A DNA stretch of 64,000 nt, from positions 406,958 to 470,957 of the forward strand of contig CALOFE010000007.1 of assembly GCA_942492455.1 (NCBI GenBank). Reading direction: 5' to 3'. Both the position numbers and the translations under genes were made by a program. The notes under the pieces are model-generated. The model saw only the letters and a list, made by a program, of their open reading frames with translations. It was not told where the DNA came from and did no database searches. Of the stretch, positions 1 through 9,683 are shown piece after piece (position 1 is the first letter of the stretch; the number at the start of each line of letters is the position of its first letter). The stretch comes from an uncultured Planctomycetaceae bacterium (lineage in GTDB: Bacteria > Planctomycetota > Planctomycetia > Planctomycetales > Planctomycetaceae).

Positions 1-995
1 GTCCGGCGATGGGAGCTGTGCTTTCGAAACTGTATGCCTCCGCTGGACAAGCGGCGCCGACGTTTGTCGATTTAATGCAGGGACGCCCGCTCGTGCGCAA
101 CAGCGCCCGTCCCGGTTTTCTGGGACCGGCCTATCAGCCCTTTCGGCCCGACATTTCTCACCTGTTCACACGGAAACTCGAACCGGGAATGAAGGGTGAG
201 TTGGCCCGCTTGGGAGCGGGGCATGCGACGAGTCTGGTGCTGAACCAACAATTGTCCGCGCGGCGGCTGACCGACCGTACGCAGTTGTTAACAGGCTTAG
301 ATCGCATTCGTCGCGACGTCGATTCCAGTGGCATGATGGATGCGATGGACCGTTTCACACAACAGGCCGTCAATATCCTCACGTCGGGGGCATTGGCGGA
401 TGCGTTGGATTTGGAGAAGGTCGACCCGGCGACGCTGCGGCGGTATCAGTTTTCCGCCAATACTGGTGGGGAGCGTTCAAAATATAGCGACGGACCGGAG
501 GCGACCTATAAATTGCTGTTGGCGCGGCGATTGATTGAGGCGGGGGTTCGCTGCGTGAGTGTCTCGTTTAGTGACTTCGACACACATCGCAACAATTTTA
601 GCCGGTTGCGGAATGTTCTGCCGATGATCGATCACGGGCTGAATGCGCTGGTTACGGACTTGCGCGAGCGGGGGATGTTCGATGACGTTTCCATTGTCGC
701 CTGGGGCGAGTTTGGTCGCACGCCGCGGATCGATACGAAGACAGCCGGCCGCCACCATTGGCCGCGCGTGGGCATGGGATTGCTGGCCGGCGGCGGGATG
801 CGGACCGGGCAGACGATCGGTATCACGGATCGCCAAGCAGCAACGGCGATTTCCCGCCCGGTGCAATACAAAGATGTCTTTGCCACGCTCTATCGAAACT
901 TGGGTATCGACGCCGCTAATGTGACGGTCGATGATCCCACCGGCCGTCCGCAATATTTGCTGGACAGCGGTACGCCGTTGAGAGAATTGGTCTAG
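1..995 (+). CDS. DUF1501 family protein (5'-truncated by window edge)
   Basis: LLARRLIEAGVR, FDTH, WGEFGRTPRI and GRHHWP motifs typical of planctomycete DUF1501; the frame is open from the window start. Confidence 0.88.
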   Translation, partial: PAMGAVLSKLYASAGQAAPTFVDLMQGRPLVRNSARPGFLGPAYQPFRPDISHLFTRKLEPGMKGELARLGAGHATSLVLNQQLSARRLTDRTQLLTGLDRIRRDVDSSGMMDAMDRFTQQAVNILTSGALADALDLEKVDPATLRRYQFSANTGGERSKYSDGPEATYKLLLARRLIEAGVRCVSVSFSDFDTHRNNFSRLRNVLPMIDHGLNALVTDLRERGMFDDVSIVAWGEFGRTPRIDTKTAGRHHWPRVGMGLLAGGGMRTGQTIGITDRQAATAISRPVQYKDVFATLYRNLGIDAANVTVDDPTGRPQYLLDSGTPLRELV

Positions 996-1008
996 TCGCA
1001 GGTATTCG

Positions 1009-1230
1009 TTACCGGACCCGTCGCGGCGCGTCTTGCCGTTTGCGCACTTTCACAGGGACCGGTTGTGGCCGTCGTTTCCAGAGGACCGTGATGATTCCCG
1101 CGGTACCCGCGAGAACGACCCATGCTGAAATTGCAGCCAGGACTGCACTGCCATCGAAAGCGAAACCTACTACGGTGATTCCACACAACAATAGGGCCGT
1201 GACGAATAGTGCGGCGCAGCGCATGGTCAC
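1009..1230 (-). CDS. small two-TM membrane protein, hypothetical
   Basis: 73 aa with two hydrophobic segments and a basic tail; GAGG upstream of the ATGs. Confidence 0.5.
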   Translation of the reverse strand: MTMRCAALFVTALLLCGITVVGFAFDGSAVLAAISAWVVLAGTAGIITVLWKRRPQPVPVKVRKRQDAPRRVR

Positions 1231-1303
1231 CTCATAGGGGGCATGGTGTCGTTCAAATTGAAAAGGCAGTCGCCATCAGGAGCAGACGTGAAACGTCCGC
1301 GCG

Positions 1304-1534
1304 TTACCTGTGGTATCCCAATTCCGCCATCACATCGTACAGTTCTTCGAATGTGATAAACCGCCGTCGGTGACGCAATTTGTATTGGTCGACCGCTTCG
1401 GCGAGTTCGATGACTTCCGGACGTAATGTCTGGTGGGAACTGGAGAATTGACGTCGTTCCTGGCCCGGATTCGACCCGTCGGAATTGCTCCGTCGATCGA
1501 CGAAAGTTGGGTTCTGTTCGCTGGTCTGTTGCAT
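1304..1534 (-). CDS. small conserved hypothetical protein (VDRR/ERRQ motifs)
   Basis: Likely ATG at 1534 (MQQTSEQ) with GGAG upstream; the C-terminus AVDQYKLRHRRRFITFEELYDVMAELGY resembles a planctomycete small-protein family. Confidence 0.7.
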   Translation of the reverse strand: MQQTSEQNPTFVDRRSNSDGSNPGQERRQFSSSHQTLRPEVIELAEAVDQYKLRHRRRFITFEELYDVMAELGYHR

Positions 1535-1901
1535 TAAGATGCTCCCGCGAGGACGATGCTTGTAGTCAACCGTAGTCTTCAAAATGGCGTCGGGCAAACG
1601 GAATTCTCGGATATCTCGCTCCGATAATGAAAACATCGTAAAATTGGCGTGATAATCGTCGACTGCGCCGCGTCATTTGTCGTCAGTGGGTTCGGCTACA
1701 ATTGGAATTGGAATTGGCCCGCGAACATTCGGTCGCGTTGCAGCTCAACTGGATGGTGATCAGAATAAAGTCGGAGTTCATCATTTGGACTTTACCGGCT
1801 TATTCCAAGAGGCGCCTGACCGGTTGCCGAGCACCGAGTCACGTCGTTCCTGAAACGAACCCGAAAAAACAATGTGATTCCATCTTTAGAATCGGACAAC
1901 C

Positions 1902-2897
1902 ATGGGAAATAAAGTAACTGTTCTGGGCGGTGGAGCGATGGGAACCGCGTGTGCGATCCTATTGTCCGAAAATCCGGAACAAGAGGTCGCCCTCTGGACC
2001 CGTAATCCCGAGCATGCGGCGGTTATGGCACAATCGCGCCAAAACGAACGATTGCTTCCCGGCGTTAAAATCCCCGCATCAGTCGCCATCACCGCCGACG
2101 TCGAGGCCGCTATCGATGGAGCGGATATTCTGGTTGCCGCAGTCCCAACGGCTTTCCTGCGGGAGGCTCTGACGGATTGGGCACCGCTGCTGACCGCCGA
2201 TCGTCCGATGGTCAGCGTGATCAAGGGGATCGAGAACGAAACCTTTCTCCGGCCCAGCGAAATCATTAGCGAGATCCTGGGGCAACGTGGCGTCGTGGCT
2301 CTTGGAGGGCCTAGTCATGCTGAAGAAATCTCACGACGGCTCCCAGCCAGCGTCGTGGCGGCCAGTGGCGATTTGTCGTTGGCCAAACGTGTACAGGCTA
2401 TGTTCACCACCGATCGGTTTCGGGTGTATACGAATGTGGACATCATCGGCGTAGAAATGGCTGCGGCGCTCAAAAACATCGTGGCCATCGCTGCCGGTAT
2501 CTGTGACGGCCTCGGTTTCGGGGATAATGCCAAGGCGGGATTGATCACACGCGGATTGGTTGAAATGACCCGTTTCGGCACAGCTATGGGGGCCGAAGCC
2601 TCCACATTTTCCGGGCTCGCTGGATTAGGCGATTTGGTCACGACCTGCGTCAGCCCCTACGGGCGTAACCGCGAAGTTGGCGAGCGGCTCGGGAAAGGGG
2701 AAACATTGGAGCAGATCCAAGCTGACATGAATTCCGTCGCCGAGGGCGTCTGGACCACACGCAGTGTGTATGAACTGTCGGATCAACGCGATGTGGATAT
2801 GCCGATTGCCAACGAGGTGTATCAAGTCCTGTTTGAAGGCAAATCACCAACGGCTGCCACCGAATCGCTGATGCTTCGTCCTCCGAAGCGAGAGTAA
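1902..2897 (+). CDS. gpsA: NAD(P)H-dependent glycerol-3-phosphate dehydrogenase
   Basis: GGGAMG Rossmann motif, GPSHAEE, ALKNIVAIAAG, GDNAKA, GLGDLVTTC, RN and AEGV. Confidence 0.96.
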   Translation: MGNKVTVLGGGAMGTACAILLSENPEQEVALWTRNPEHAAVMAQSRQNERLLPGVKIPASVAITADVEAAIDGADILVAAVPTAFLREALTDWAPLLTADRPMVSVIKGIENETFLRPSEIISEILGQRGVVALGGPSHAEEISRRLPASVVAASGDLSLAKRVQAMFTTDRFRVYTNVDIIGVEMAAALKNIVAIAAGICDGLGFGDNAKAGLITRGLVEMTRFGTAMGAEASTFSGLAGLGDLVTTCVSPYGRNREVGERLGKGETLEQIQADMNSVAEGVWTTRSVYELSDQRDVDMPIANEVYQVLFEGKSPTAATESLMLRPPKRE

Positions 2898-3030
2898 GCG
2901 AAACGGCCGGTTATGCTGGCAGAAACTGCTAAGCCCTTCCGCAGAATCTTGATTCCAATCGCGTCTGGCGCATTATCTAAACCGTTCACCGGGGTTCGTT
3001 GTGGTTGAAAAACTCCTCTTCACACTCGCC

Positions 3031-3370
3031 TGTCTCGTCCTACCCGTACTCTGGGGCATTGTCGTGAATTGGCTGTTCGTGAAATGGCAGAATCGAAATC
3101 CTCCCCAACAACAACCCGACCCCAACCTACCCGACTACCAAATCTAATGCGGCACAGCCGCTTGGTTCGTGCTTCCGCACGATGTGGTGCCGGGGGCACT
3201 TGGTGCGTGTCCGCACGATGTGGTGCCGAGGGCACTTGGTGCGTGCTTTCGCACGATTTGCTTAGGCCGCTCCCGTTGGTCGCTGGGGGGATTGGTTGGG
3301 GATTGTGAGGGTTGTGGACAACTCTGCTGCGGGGGAGCGTTGCTTCGCACCTTTTTAGGTAGGACGACAG
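3031..3370. other. nested palindromic region / candidate structured ncRNA
   Basis: Nested inverted pairs 3036-44/3358-66, 3101-06/3332-37, 3111-17/3309-15 and 3120-27/3294-3301 enclose six short hairpins. Confidence 0.45.
3161..3258. repeat. tandem ~37-bp hairpin-forming repeat (about 2.6 units)
   Basis: cttggt(t/g)cgtg..cgcacgatgtggtgccg(g/a)gggca repeated; each unit forms two hairpins. Confidence 0.85.
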
Positions 3371-3383
3371 ATTGTCCCAACGG

Positions 3384-3712
3384 AAAATGCTGACGACGGG
3401 CAACTATTCGGCGAAAACCCTCACCCCGGCCCTCTCCCAGAGCAACAAATTGCATTGAGCCGTGGGAAAATAATCATAGGGTGGCAGCGATTGCCAACGG
3501 CAATCGGTGTGCCGCAGGCACAAGACGCAGCAGTTTCAGATGTCCCTGCCAACGAGATTCTGCTCGATTAAGAACGCGGAAATTGCGGCTTCTTGCGGGC
3601 TACACCCGCCCCGATTGCTGCCGCAATCGCGGTTACCCCGAACTCTTTGCCCAGTGAATACTTTGATCAGGACCCGTTTCGCAGATGCAATTTGTTGCCG
3701 AGGGAGAGGGGG
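3384..3712. repeat. REP-type repeat (ccctcaccccggccctctccc..gggagaggg family) interrupted by an insertion
   Basis: 3384-3441 plus 3700-3712 match the reverse complement of 12282-12350. Confidence 0.8.
3442..3698. mobile_element. MITE-like non-autonomous element with perfect 14-bp TIRs
   Basis: gcaacaaattgcat (3442-3455) and atgcaatttgttgc (3685-3698); no transposase ORF; internal inverted REP-like pair. Confidence 0.7.
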
Positions 3713-3738
3713 ATTGATTACTGCCTTGCGCCGGACTT

Positions 3739-4800
3739 TTAAATTCCGTCCAGCGATGCACCGACCCTTGTGGCTTGGTCTAGGGTTTGTTGCCAGGTCA
3801 TATCGGGGATGGTGATACCGTCGCGGCGGCGTTCGGCTTGGCGGCGGAGTTCGATTTCGCCCGGCATCAGGATTTCGTCGACACCGGGGATTTTACGGCT
3901 GCTTTTGATGTAATCGACGTATTGGCCCATGACTGTGGCGTATTGTTCGGCCGACATCAGCTTTTCGACATCGATCAGATACATCCAAACGCCATTGGTG
4001 CCGGGAGGGACATCGGTCCGGGCAATGCCTGCTCCTGACAGAATGCCACAGACAATGTCCAACATCACGCTCATTCCATAGCCCTTGAAACCTAACGGTC
4101 CGCCGAGCGGAAGGATGGCGCCCGGCGCGATTCCTTTGTCGGGGTCGCCATACAAATCGGCGGGGTTGTTCGTCGGATTGCCTGCATTGTCGATGACCCA
4201 ACCATCGGGAATCGATTCCCCTTTTTGCAGGGCGACACGGACCTTGCCCTCGGCCGTGGCGGAGGTGGTCATGTCCAGCACGATCGCTTCATCGTTCCAA
4301 GGAGCAGCCATCGAGATCGGATTGGTGCCGAGTTTGCGATCCAGCCCGCCCCAGGGGACGACGCCGCCCGGTCCAGGGGCATTGACGGCCATCACGGTGA
4401 AGAAGCCTTGGAGTGCCGCTTGATAAGTGTAGGAGCCGAGCCGGCCAATGTGATTGCATTCGCGACACAGTACTGTGCAGGAACCCGCCTCGCGGGCACG
4501 TGTTGTGGCGATTTGCAGTGCTTTGGTGGCAACCACCTGCCCAAAGTTTCCTCCACCATCGAGTACGGCGAGTGTCGGCGTATCGACATCGAGTTTGACC
4601 GGTGCGCCGGGGCGAATATGCTTCTGTTCGATGTAGTCGACATATTGTTTGAGCCGCATGATGCCGTGGCTGTCGTGGCCGACGAGGTTGGCCCCTGCTA
4701 ATTCCACGGCGACGGTTTGTGCCTCTTCGGCCGAAGCTCCAGCGCCTTGTAAGATACGCCGTGTAATTTCTTCCAACTGCTGAGTATTGAATGTGGGCAT
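3739..4800 (-). CDS. Ldh_2 (type-2 malate/L-lactate dehydrogenase-like) oxidoreductase
   Basis: GHDSHG, NHIGRLG, GTNPIS, LDMTTS and FKGYG motifs; start set at MPTFNTQ. Confidence 0.92.
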   Translation of the reverse strand: MPTFNTQQLEEITRRILQGAGASAEEAQTVAVELAGANLVGHDSHGIMRLKQYVDYIEQKHIRPGAPVKLDVDTPTLAVLDGGGNFGQVVATKALQIATTRAREAGSCTVLCRECNHIGRLGSYTYQAALQGFFTVMAVNAPGPGGVVPWGGLDRKLGTNPISMAAPWNDEAIVLDMTTSATAEGKVRVALQKGESIPDGWVIDNAGNPTNNPADLYGDPDKGIAPGAILPLGGPLGFKGYGMSVMLDIVCGILSGAGIARTDVPPGTNGVWMYLIDVEKLMSAEQYATVMGQYVDYIKSSRKIPGVDEILMPGEIELRRQAERRRDGITIPDMTWQQTLDQATRVGASLDGI

Positions 4801-4961
4801 AATTGATTTTTGAGATGTGTTTTGTGTCGGGAAAATTGTTTGTTTTGAGGATAGCAATCGCCATCGACAATCACCAGCGCGGCGGCGGATTTCCGCTAGG
4901 ACTGAGTCTTAAGGAACCTATCTTGGAAGCCCGTTGGAAATTCCAATCACACCCAAATGCC

Positions 4962-5041
4962 GGGTGCCACTGCTGGCTTGTCCAGCAGTGTTCTTGTCGG
5001 TCACACGAATAGCACTGGCGGACAAGCCGTCTGTGGCACCC
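4962..5041. repeat. inverted pair of REP-like palindromes (gggtgccac..cttgtcc..cagtg family)
   Basis: 4962-4990 and 5013-5041 are inverted; the same family recurs at 34622-34724. Confidence 0.85.
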
Positions 5042-5145
5042 TAGACTCAATAACCTGTCATAGAAAATTAAGCGATCCGCCTGCGGCACTTTGCCGATCT
5101 TTGCCCGTCCCTCGCAATTCCTAGTCGCGATTCAACCTGTGCGGG

Positions 5146-5169
5146 TTATAACGACGATACTCGTTATAA
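5146..5169. promoter_or_regulatory. perfect 9-6-9 inverted repeat, candidate operator
   Basis: TTATAACGA-cgatac-TCGTTATAA between the divergent Ldh_2 gene and scpA; contains -10-like TATAAC. Confidence 0.45.
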
Positions 5170-5226
5170 GACTGGTGCGCGCATGATGCGCAACGGCGAT
5201 GACTGCTGGCGGATCTCAAAACTGTT

Positions 5227-6114
5227 ATGGATTACCGCGTCGAACTTAAGACCTATACCGGCCCCATTGACTTGTTGCTGTACTTGGTACGGCGTCATGA
5301 GGTGGACGTTACGGATTTGCCGATCGCGAAGATCACCGCACAGTTTGGTGAGTTTCTTGAGGTACTGGAGCTGATCGATTTTGACTTGGTCGGCGAATTT
5401 GTGGTGTTGGCCAGTACGCTGGTTGAAATCAAAAGTCGCATGGTGCTGCCGCGACCTGAGGAAGAAGAGGTTCCTGAGGTTGACGTCACCGAAGATCCCC
5501 GCAGCGAATTGGTGCGGCAACTGCTGGAGTACAAGAAATTCAAGGATGCCGCCAAGCTTCTCGAAGACCAAGCAGCACTGTGGCAGCAACGTTATCCACG
5601 GCTCAGCGATGAGCGTCCCGCAGGCGGAAAAGGGGCGCGGCAGGATCACATTAAGGATGTGGAACTGTGGGACCTGGTGAGCGCGTTCTCGCGAATCGTG
5701 CGTCAGATCGATCCGGAAGAACAGAAAAGCATCGTCTACGACGACACGCCGATCTCGGTTTATATTGATCGTGTGGGCAAACGGGTCAAGCAGGACCAGC
5801 GTGTCGCTTTCAGCGCATTTTTCGAGGGGAGCAATTCCAAGAGTAAGATTGTGGGAATCTTCTTGGCCATTCTGGAATTGCTGCGCAACTACTATTTCCG
5901 TGCGGTGCAAGAGGACGAAAGCGGCGAAATCTGGGTCATGCCTCCCGACCCCAACCGTCCTCCGCCGGCTGAATCCACCACAGATGCCGCCACGGATACC
6001 CCGGCAGAGTCCACGGCAGAGTCCACGGTAGAAGCCGAGGTAACCGACGCAGCGCCTGCTGATCTTCCGACCGCGGCTGAGTCCGGCGAATCGCCGCTTC
6101 CCGCGGCTGAGTGA
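5227..6114 (+). CDS. scpA: segregation/condensation protein A (kleisin)
   Basis: YTGPIDLLLYLV, EFVVLASTLVEIKSRMVLP, DPRSELVRQLLEYKKFK and FLAILEL. Confidence 0.94.
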   Translation: MDYRVELKTYTGPIDLLLYLVRRHEVDVTDLPIAKITAQFGEFLEVLELIDFDLVGEFVVLASTLVEIKSRMVLPRPEEEEVPEVDVTEDPRSELVRQLLEYKKFKDAAKLLEDQAALWQQRYPRLSDERPAGGKGARQDHIKDVELWDLVSAFSRIVRQIDPEEQKSIVYDDTPISVYIDRVGKRVKQDQRVAFSAFFEGSNSKSKIVGIFLAILELLRNYYFRAVQEDESGEIWVMPPDPNRPPPAESTTDAATDTPAESTAESTVEAEVTDAAPADLPTAAESGESPLPAAE

Positions 6115-6330
6115 GAACGGTTTTCAACCACAGACCGCACAGGGTTGTGCGTTGTCGAGAAACCGTGTCAATCCGTGGATTCCCTGCGGAATTTGGCCCC
6201 GTTTCACTTGTATGTCCACGACTCGCGATTAGCATTTGTGCAAGCGAACAGAAACTGGTCGAACGGCTCCGCCTTCGACAGAATTTACCGCACAAACTTT
6301 AAAATCAAACGCGAGAACGGGAACCGAGCG

Positions 6331-6813
6331 ATGCAAGGCAATCAAAAAATCATCGACGCACTCAATGCCGGATTGACGATCGAACTGACGGCGATTAACC
6401 AGTACTTCATTCAGGCCAAAATGTGCAAGAATTGGGGCTTCAACAAATTGGGCGCCAAGCACTACGAAGAGTCGATGGGCGAAATGAAGCATGCGGAGCT
6501 GTTGATCGACCGGATTCTCTTCCTGGAAGGCGTTCCGGAGATCGCACGTTATGATGTGATTCGTGTGGGCGAGAACGTCAAAGAGCAGTTTGAGTATGAT
6601 CTCAAATTGGAAACCAGCGGCGTGAATGCCTACAACGATGCGGTGGACTTGTGCATTCAGCTCAAAGATGGCGGCTCGCGGGATTTGGTTGAGAAGATCT
6701 TGGTCGAGTCCGAAGAGCACGTCGATTGGCTGGAAACTCAACTTGAGATCATCGGCACCATCGGCATCGAGAATTACCTGCAATCGCAACTGGGCGAAGG
6801 CGAAGAAGGGTAA
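6331..6813 (+). CDS. bfr: bacterioferritin
   Basis: ELTAINQYF, ESMGEMKHAE and EEHVDWLETQL ferroxidase ligands plus heme Met; start at MQGNQKII. Confidence 0.95.
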   Translation: MQGNQKIIDALNAGLTIELTAINQYFIQAKMCKNWGFNKLGAKHYEESMGEMKHAELLIDRILFLEGVPEIARYDVIRVGENVKEQFEYDLKLETSGVNAYNDAVDLCIQLKDGGSRDLVEKILVESEEHVDWLETQLEIIGTIGIENYLQSQLGEGEEG

Positions 6814-6992
6814 TCGCGGCTATAGGAGCCTCGCCGCGCATGATGTATACGACCGGATCGCTGGGGACGGACAAAGTCCGTCCCTAGTGCGTTGGGGAGG
6901 TCAATCGACCGGGGGCGAGCTAATGCTCGTTTGCATCCACCCTCGCCATGTCCTGTACAGCGTGACGTATGGACTGTGGCTACCCGCAGGTA

Positions 6993-7265
6993 TTAGAGGC
7001 TGTTTTCGAATTGTTCGCGGCGGGCGGCGAGAATTTGCTTGAGCACGCGGTGGCAGGCGGTGCAGCCGCTGCCGGCTCCGGTTTGTTGCTTCAAATCCTG
7101 GACCGATTCGGCGTTGAACACGCTGACCGCGGAATCGATTTCCTCAGACGTGACGCCCAAGCAACGGCAGATCACGTCGTTACTACAGCCGCTCGCAGTG
7201 GTCTTTTCCACGACGGCAGAGGTTTTCACTGCGAAGAGAGTCGCTTTGGCTGCCCAATTAGTCAT
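6993..7265 (-). CDS. bfd: bacterioferritin-associated ferredoxin-like [2Fe-2S] protein
   Basis: CRC...GAGSGCTAC (CxC...CxxC) BFD motif; adjacent to bfr. Confidence 0.85.
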   Translation of the reverse strand: MTNWAAKATLFAVKTSAVVEKTTASGCSNDVICRCLGVTSEEIDSAVSVFNAESVQDLKQQTGAGSGCTACHRVLKQILAARREQFENSL

Positions 7266-7292
7266 ATCTGTATTCCCATGCAGTCAACATGG

Positions 7293-7311
7293 ATTGAGAA
7301 TGAGTCTCAGT
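7293..7311. promoter_or_regulatory. Fur-box-like 7-1-7 palindrome
   Basis: TGAGAAT-G-AGTCTCA about 30 bp upstream of the bfd start; resembles TGATAATnATTATCA. Confidence 0.6.
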
Positions 7312-7533
7312 TGCACTGATTCAATTCTACCGAAACGTCAGACGATGTCAAATCCAATTGGCACGGTCTCATTTGAGAGCCTGAAGGACGTAGACGTGCC
7401 TTTCGTAAACCGTGTTGTCGCAATGGGTTATCTGGTATGACTCACATTTCTGGCTGGGACCCCGTATACTGTTCGATGAGCGCTTCGTCGATTGCGGGGC
7501 GATAGCTGGTGACCCTGTGTTACGGATTTGAAC

Positions 7534-9624
7534 ATGCCTGAGTTTCAGTTACAGAGTGAATTTCAGCCCGGCGGTGACCAGCCGGCAGCGATTGAGGCGC
7601 TGGTCAAAGGGATTCGAGAGGGTCGCAAGGAACAGGTGCTGTTAGGGGTTACCGGTTCGGGCAAGACCTTCACGATGGCCAATGTCATTCAACAAATGCA
7701 GCGGCCCGCGCTGGTGTTGTCGCACAATAAGACGTTGGCGGCGCAGTTGTATTCGGAATTCAAGGCGTTCTTCCCGCATAACGCCGTTTCGTATTTTGTT
7801 AGTTATTACGACTACTATCAGCCCGAAGCGTACATTCCGCAGCGCGACATCTACATCGAAAAAGATGCGTCGATCAATGAAGAGATCGATCGTTTGCGGC
7901 TGCAGGCGACCAGTTCGTTGGTCAGCCGGCGGGATGTGATTGTCGTGGCAAGCGTAAGTTGCATCTACGGTTTGGGGTCCCCCAAAGACTATTTGGAGAT
8001 GATGTTGCCGCTGCGGGTCGGGGACGAAATTGACCGCGACGAGATGCTACTGAAACTGATTGACATCCAATACGACCGCAACGACATCAGTTTTCAGCGG
8101 GGCACCGTCCGCGTGCGGGGTGACGTGGTGGAGTGCTGGCCGGCATATGAGGAGTATGCCTACCGCATCGAGTTGTGGGGTGATGAGATCGAAAAATTGT
8201 CGATCATCAACCCGCTCACCGGACAAGAGGCCCGCGTGTTGGAAGACGCATACATCTATCCCGCCAAGCATTTCGTCATGCCGCAGGAACGGATTACGGC
8301 GGCGATCAAGGCAATCGAAGACGAGTTGAATGGGCGGCTGCAAGAATTGCGAGAAGCGGGCAAATTGCTGGAAGCGCAACGGTTAGCGGCGCGGACGCGG
8401 TTTGATTTGGAAATGATGCAGGAGGTCGGGTATTGCCCCGGCATCGAAAATTACAGCCAGCCGTTATCGGGCCGTCCCCCGGGATCTCCGCCCGATACGT
8501 TGATGGACTTTTTCCCGGACGACTTTCTGGCGTTCATCGACGAATCGCACGCCACGTCGCCACAAGTCCGCGCTATGTTTGCCGGCGACCATTCGCGGAA
8601 GACGACGCTCGTCGAACATGGTTTCCGCTTGCCCTCGGCGCTCGACAATCGGCCGTTGAAGTTTGACGAATGGCGCGAGCGGCTGAATCAAATCGTGTAT
8701 GTGTCGGCGACCCCCGGCGATTGGGAATTGGAACAGACCGGCGGTGAATTTGTCGAACAGGTGATTCGCCCGACCGGACTCGTGGATCCCGTGATTCACA
8801 TCGTTCCCGCCCGCGGCCAAGTGCCGCACCTGATGGAACAAATTCGCAAACGCGCGGAAGCCCAGGAACGGGTCTTGGTCACGACGCTCACCAAGCGGTT
8901 GGCGGAGGAACTGACGCGGTATTTGTCCGAACAGGGCATTCGTTGCAAGTGGTTGCATTCGGAGTTGGACGCGATTGAACGTGTGGAGATTCTCCGTGAA
9001 TTACGGGAACACAAATTCGATGCGTTGATTGGCATTAACTTGCTGCGGGAAGGTTTGGACTTGCCGGAAGTCTCCTTAGTCGCCATTCTGGATGCGGATA
9101 AAGAAGGTTTTTTGCGCAGCGAAACGAGTCTGATTCAAACCATCGGCCGGACAGCACGGAATGTGAATGCTGAAGTGTTTTTGTATGCGGATCGCGTGAC
9201 CAATAGCATGCAGCGGGCGATCGATGAAACGAATCGCCGCCGCGAATTGCAATTGGCGTATAATGCGGAGCATGGGATTACGCCCGAAACGATTCGCAAA
9301 GCGATTTCTCGCGGGATTGAAGAAGATATCGAAGCGCGGCAAGTCGAGCAGGCGGCGGCGGGGATTGGCGATGAACAACAGTACGTCACCATGGAGTTTG
9401 TCCAAGAATTGGAAGCGGAGATGTTGGCGGCGGCTGAAGATTTGCAATTCGAGCGGGCGGCCGAACTGCGCGATCGGATTTTGCAACTCAAACAACAGCT
9501 CGGACAACCGCTCACGGCGGACGAAAAGGTGGCAGAGGGACAAGTCAAATCGCAGAGCAAGAAAAAGCGGGGCCGCCGCCGCGGGGGCGGGAAACGGGTT
9601 CCCAAACCAGGGAAGCGAGATTAG
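7534..9624 (+). CDS. uvrB: excinuclease ABC subunit B
   Basis: [22 protein letters not shown] beta-hairpin, [20 protein letters not shown] and C-terminal UVR domain FERAAELRD. Confidence 0.98.
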   Translation: MPEFQLQSEFQPGGDQPAAIEALVKGIREGRKEQVLLGVTGSGKTFTMANVIQQMQRPALVLSHNKTLAAQLYSEFKAFFPHNAVSYFVSYYDYYQPEAYIPQRDIYIEKDASINEEIDRLRLQATSSLVSRRDVIVVASVSCIYGLGSPKDYLEMMLPLRVGDEIDRDEMLLKLIDIQYDRNDISFQRGTVRVRGDVVECWPAYEEYAYRIELWGDEIEKLSIINPLTGQEARVLEDAYIYPAKHFVMPQERITAAIKAIEDELNGRLQELREAGKLLEAQRLAARTRFDLEMMQEVGYCPGIENYSQPLSGRPPGSPPDTLMDFFPDDFLAFIDESHATSPQVRAMFAGDHSRKTTLVEHGFRLPSALDNRPLKFDEWRERLNQIVYVSATPGDWELEQTGGEFVEQVIRPTGLVDPVIHIVPARGQVPHLMEQIRKRAEAQERVLVTTLTKRLAEELTRYLSEQGIRCKWLHSELDAIERVEILRELREHKFDALIGINLLREGLDLPEVSLVAILDADKEGFLRSETSLIQTIGRTARNVNAEVFLYADRVTNSMQRAIDETNRRRELQLAYNAEHGITPETIRKAISRGIEEDIEARQVEQAAAGIGDEQQYVTMEFVQELEAEMLAAAEDLQFERAAELRDRILQLKQQLGQPLTADEKVAEGQVKSQSKKKRGRRRGGGKRVPKPGKRD

Positions 9625-9683
9625 AAAATCCGTTGATTGGTTGCGATCAAAATTGATGGGGTGGAGCGGGAGAAACGCGTCAC

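Noticed and set aside
3161-3258. Possible mini CRISPR array
   Set aside because: The intervening segments are near-identical rather than unique spacers, there are only about 2.6 units, and no cas genes are present
5146-5169. dif (XerCD) site
   Set aside because: The 6-bp spacer fits, but the arms lack the TAA/TTA inner ends and the XerD arm TTATGTTAAAT
6001-6030. 12-bp tandem repeat in the scpA 3' end
   Set aside because: Simple low-complexity acidic tail (AEST repeats); unremarkable
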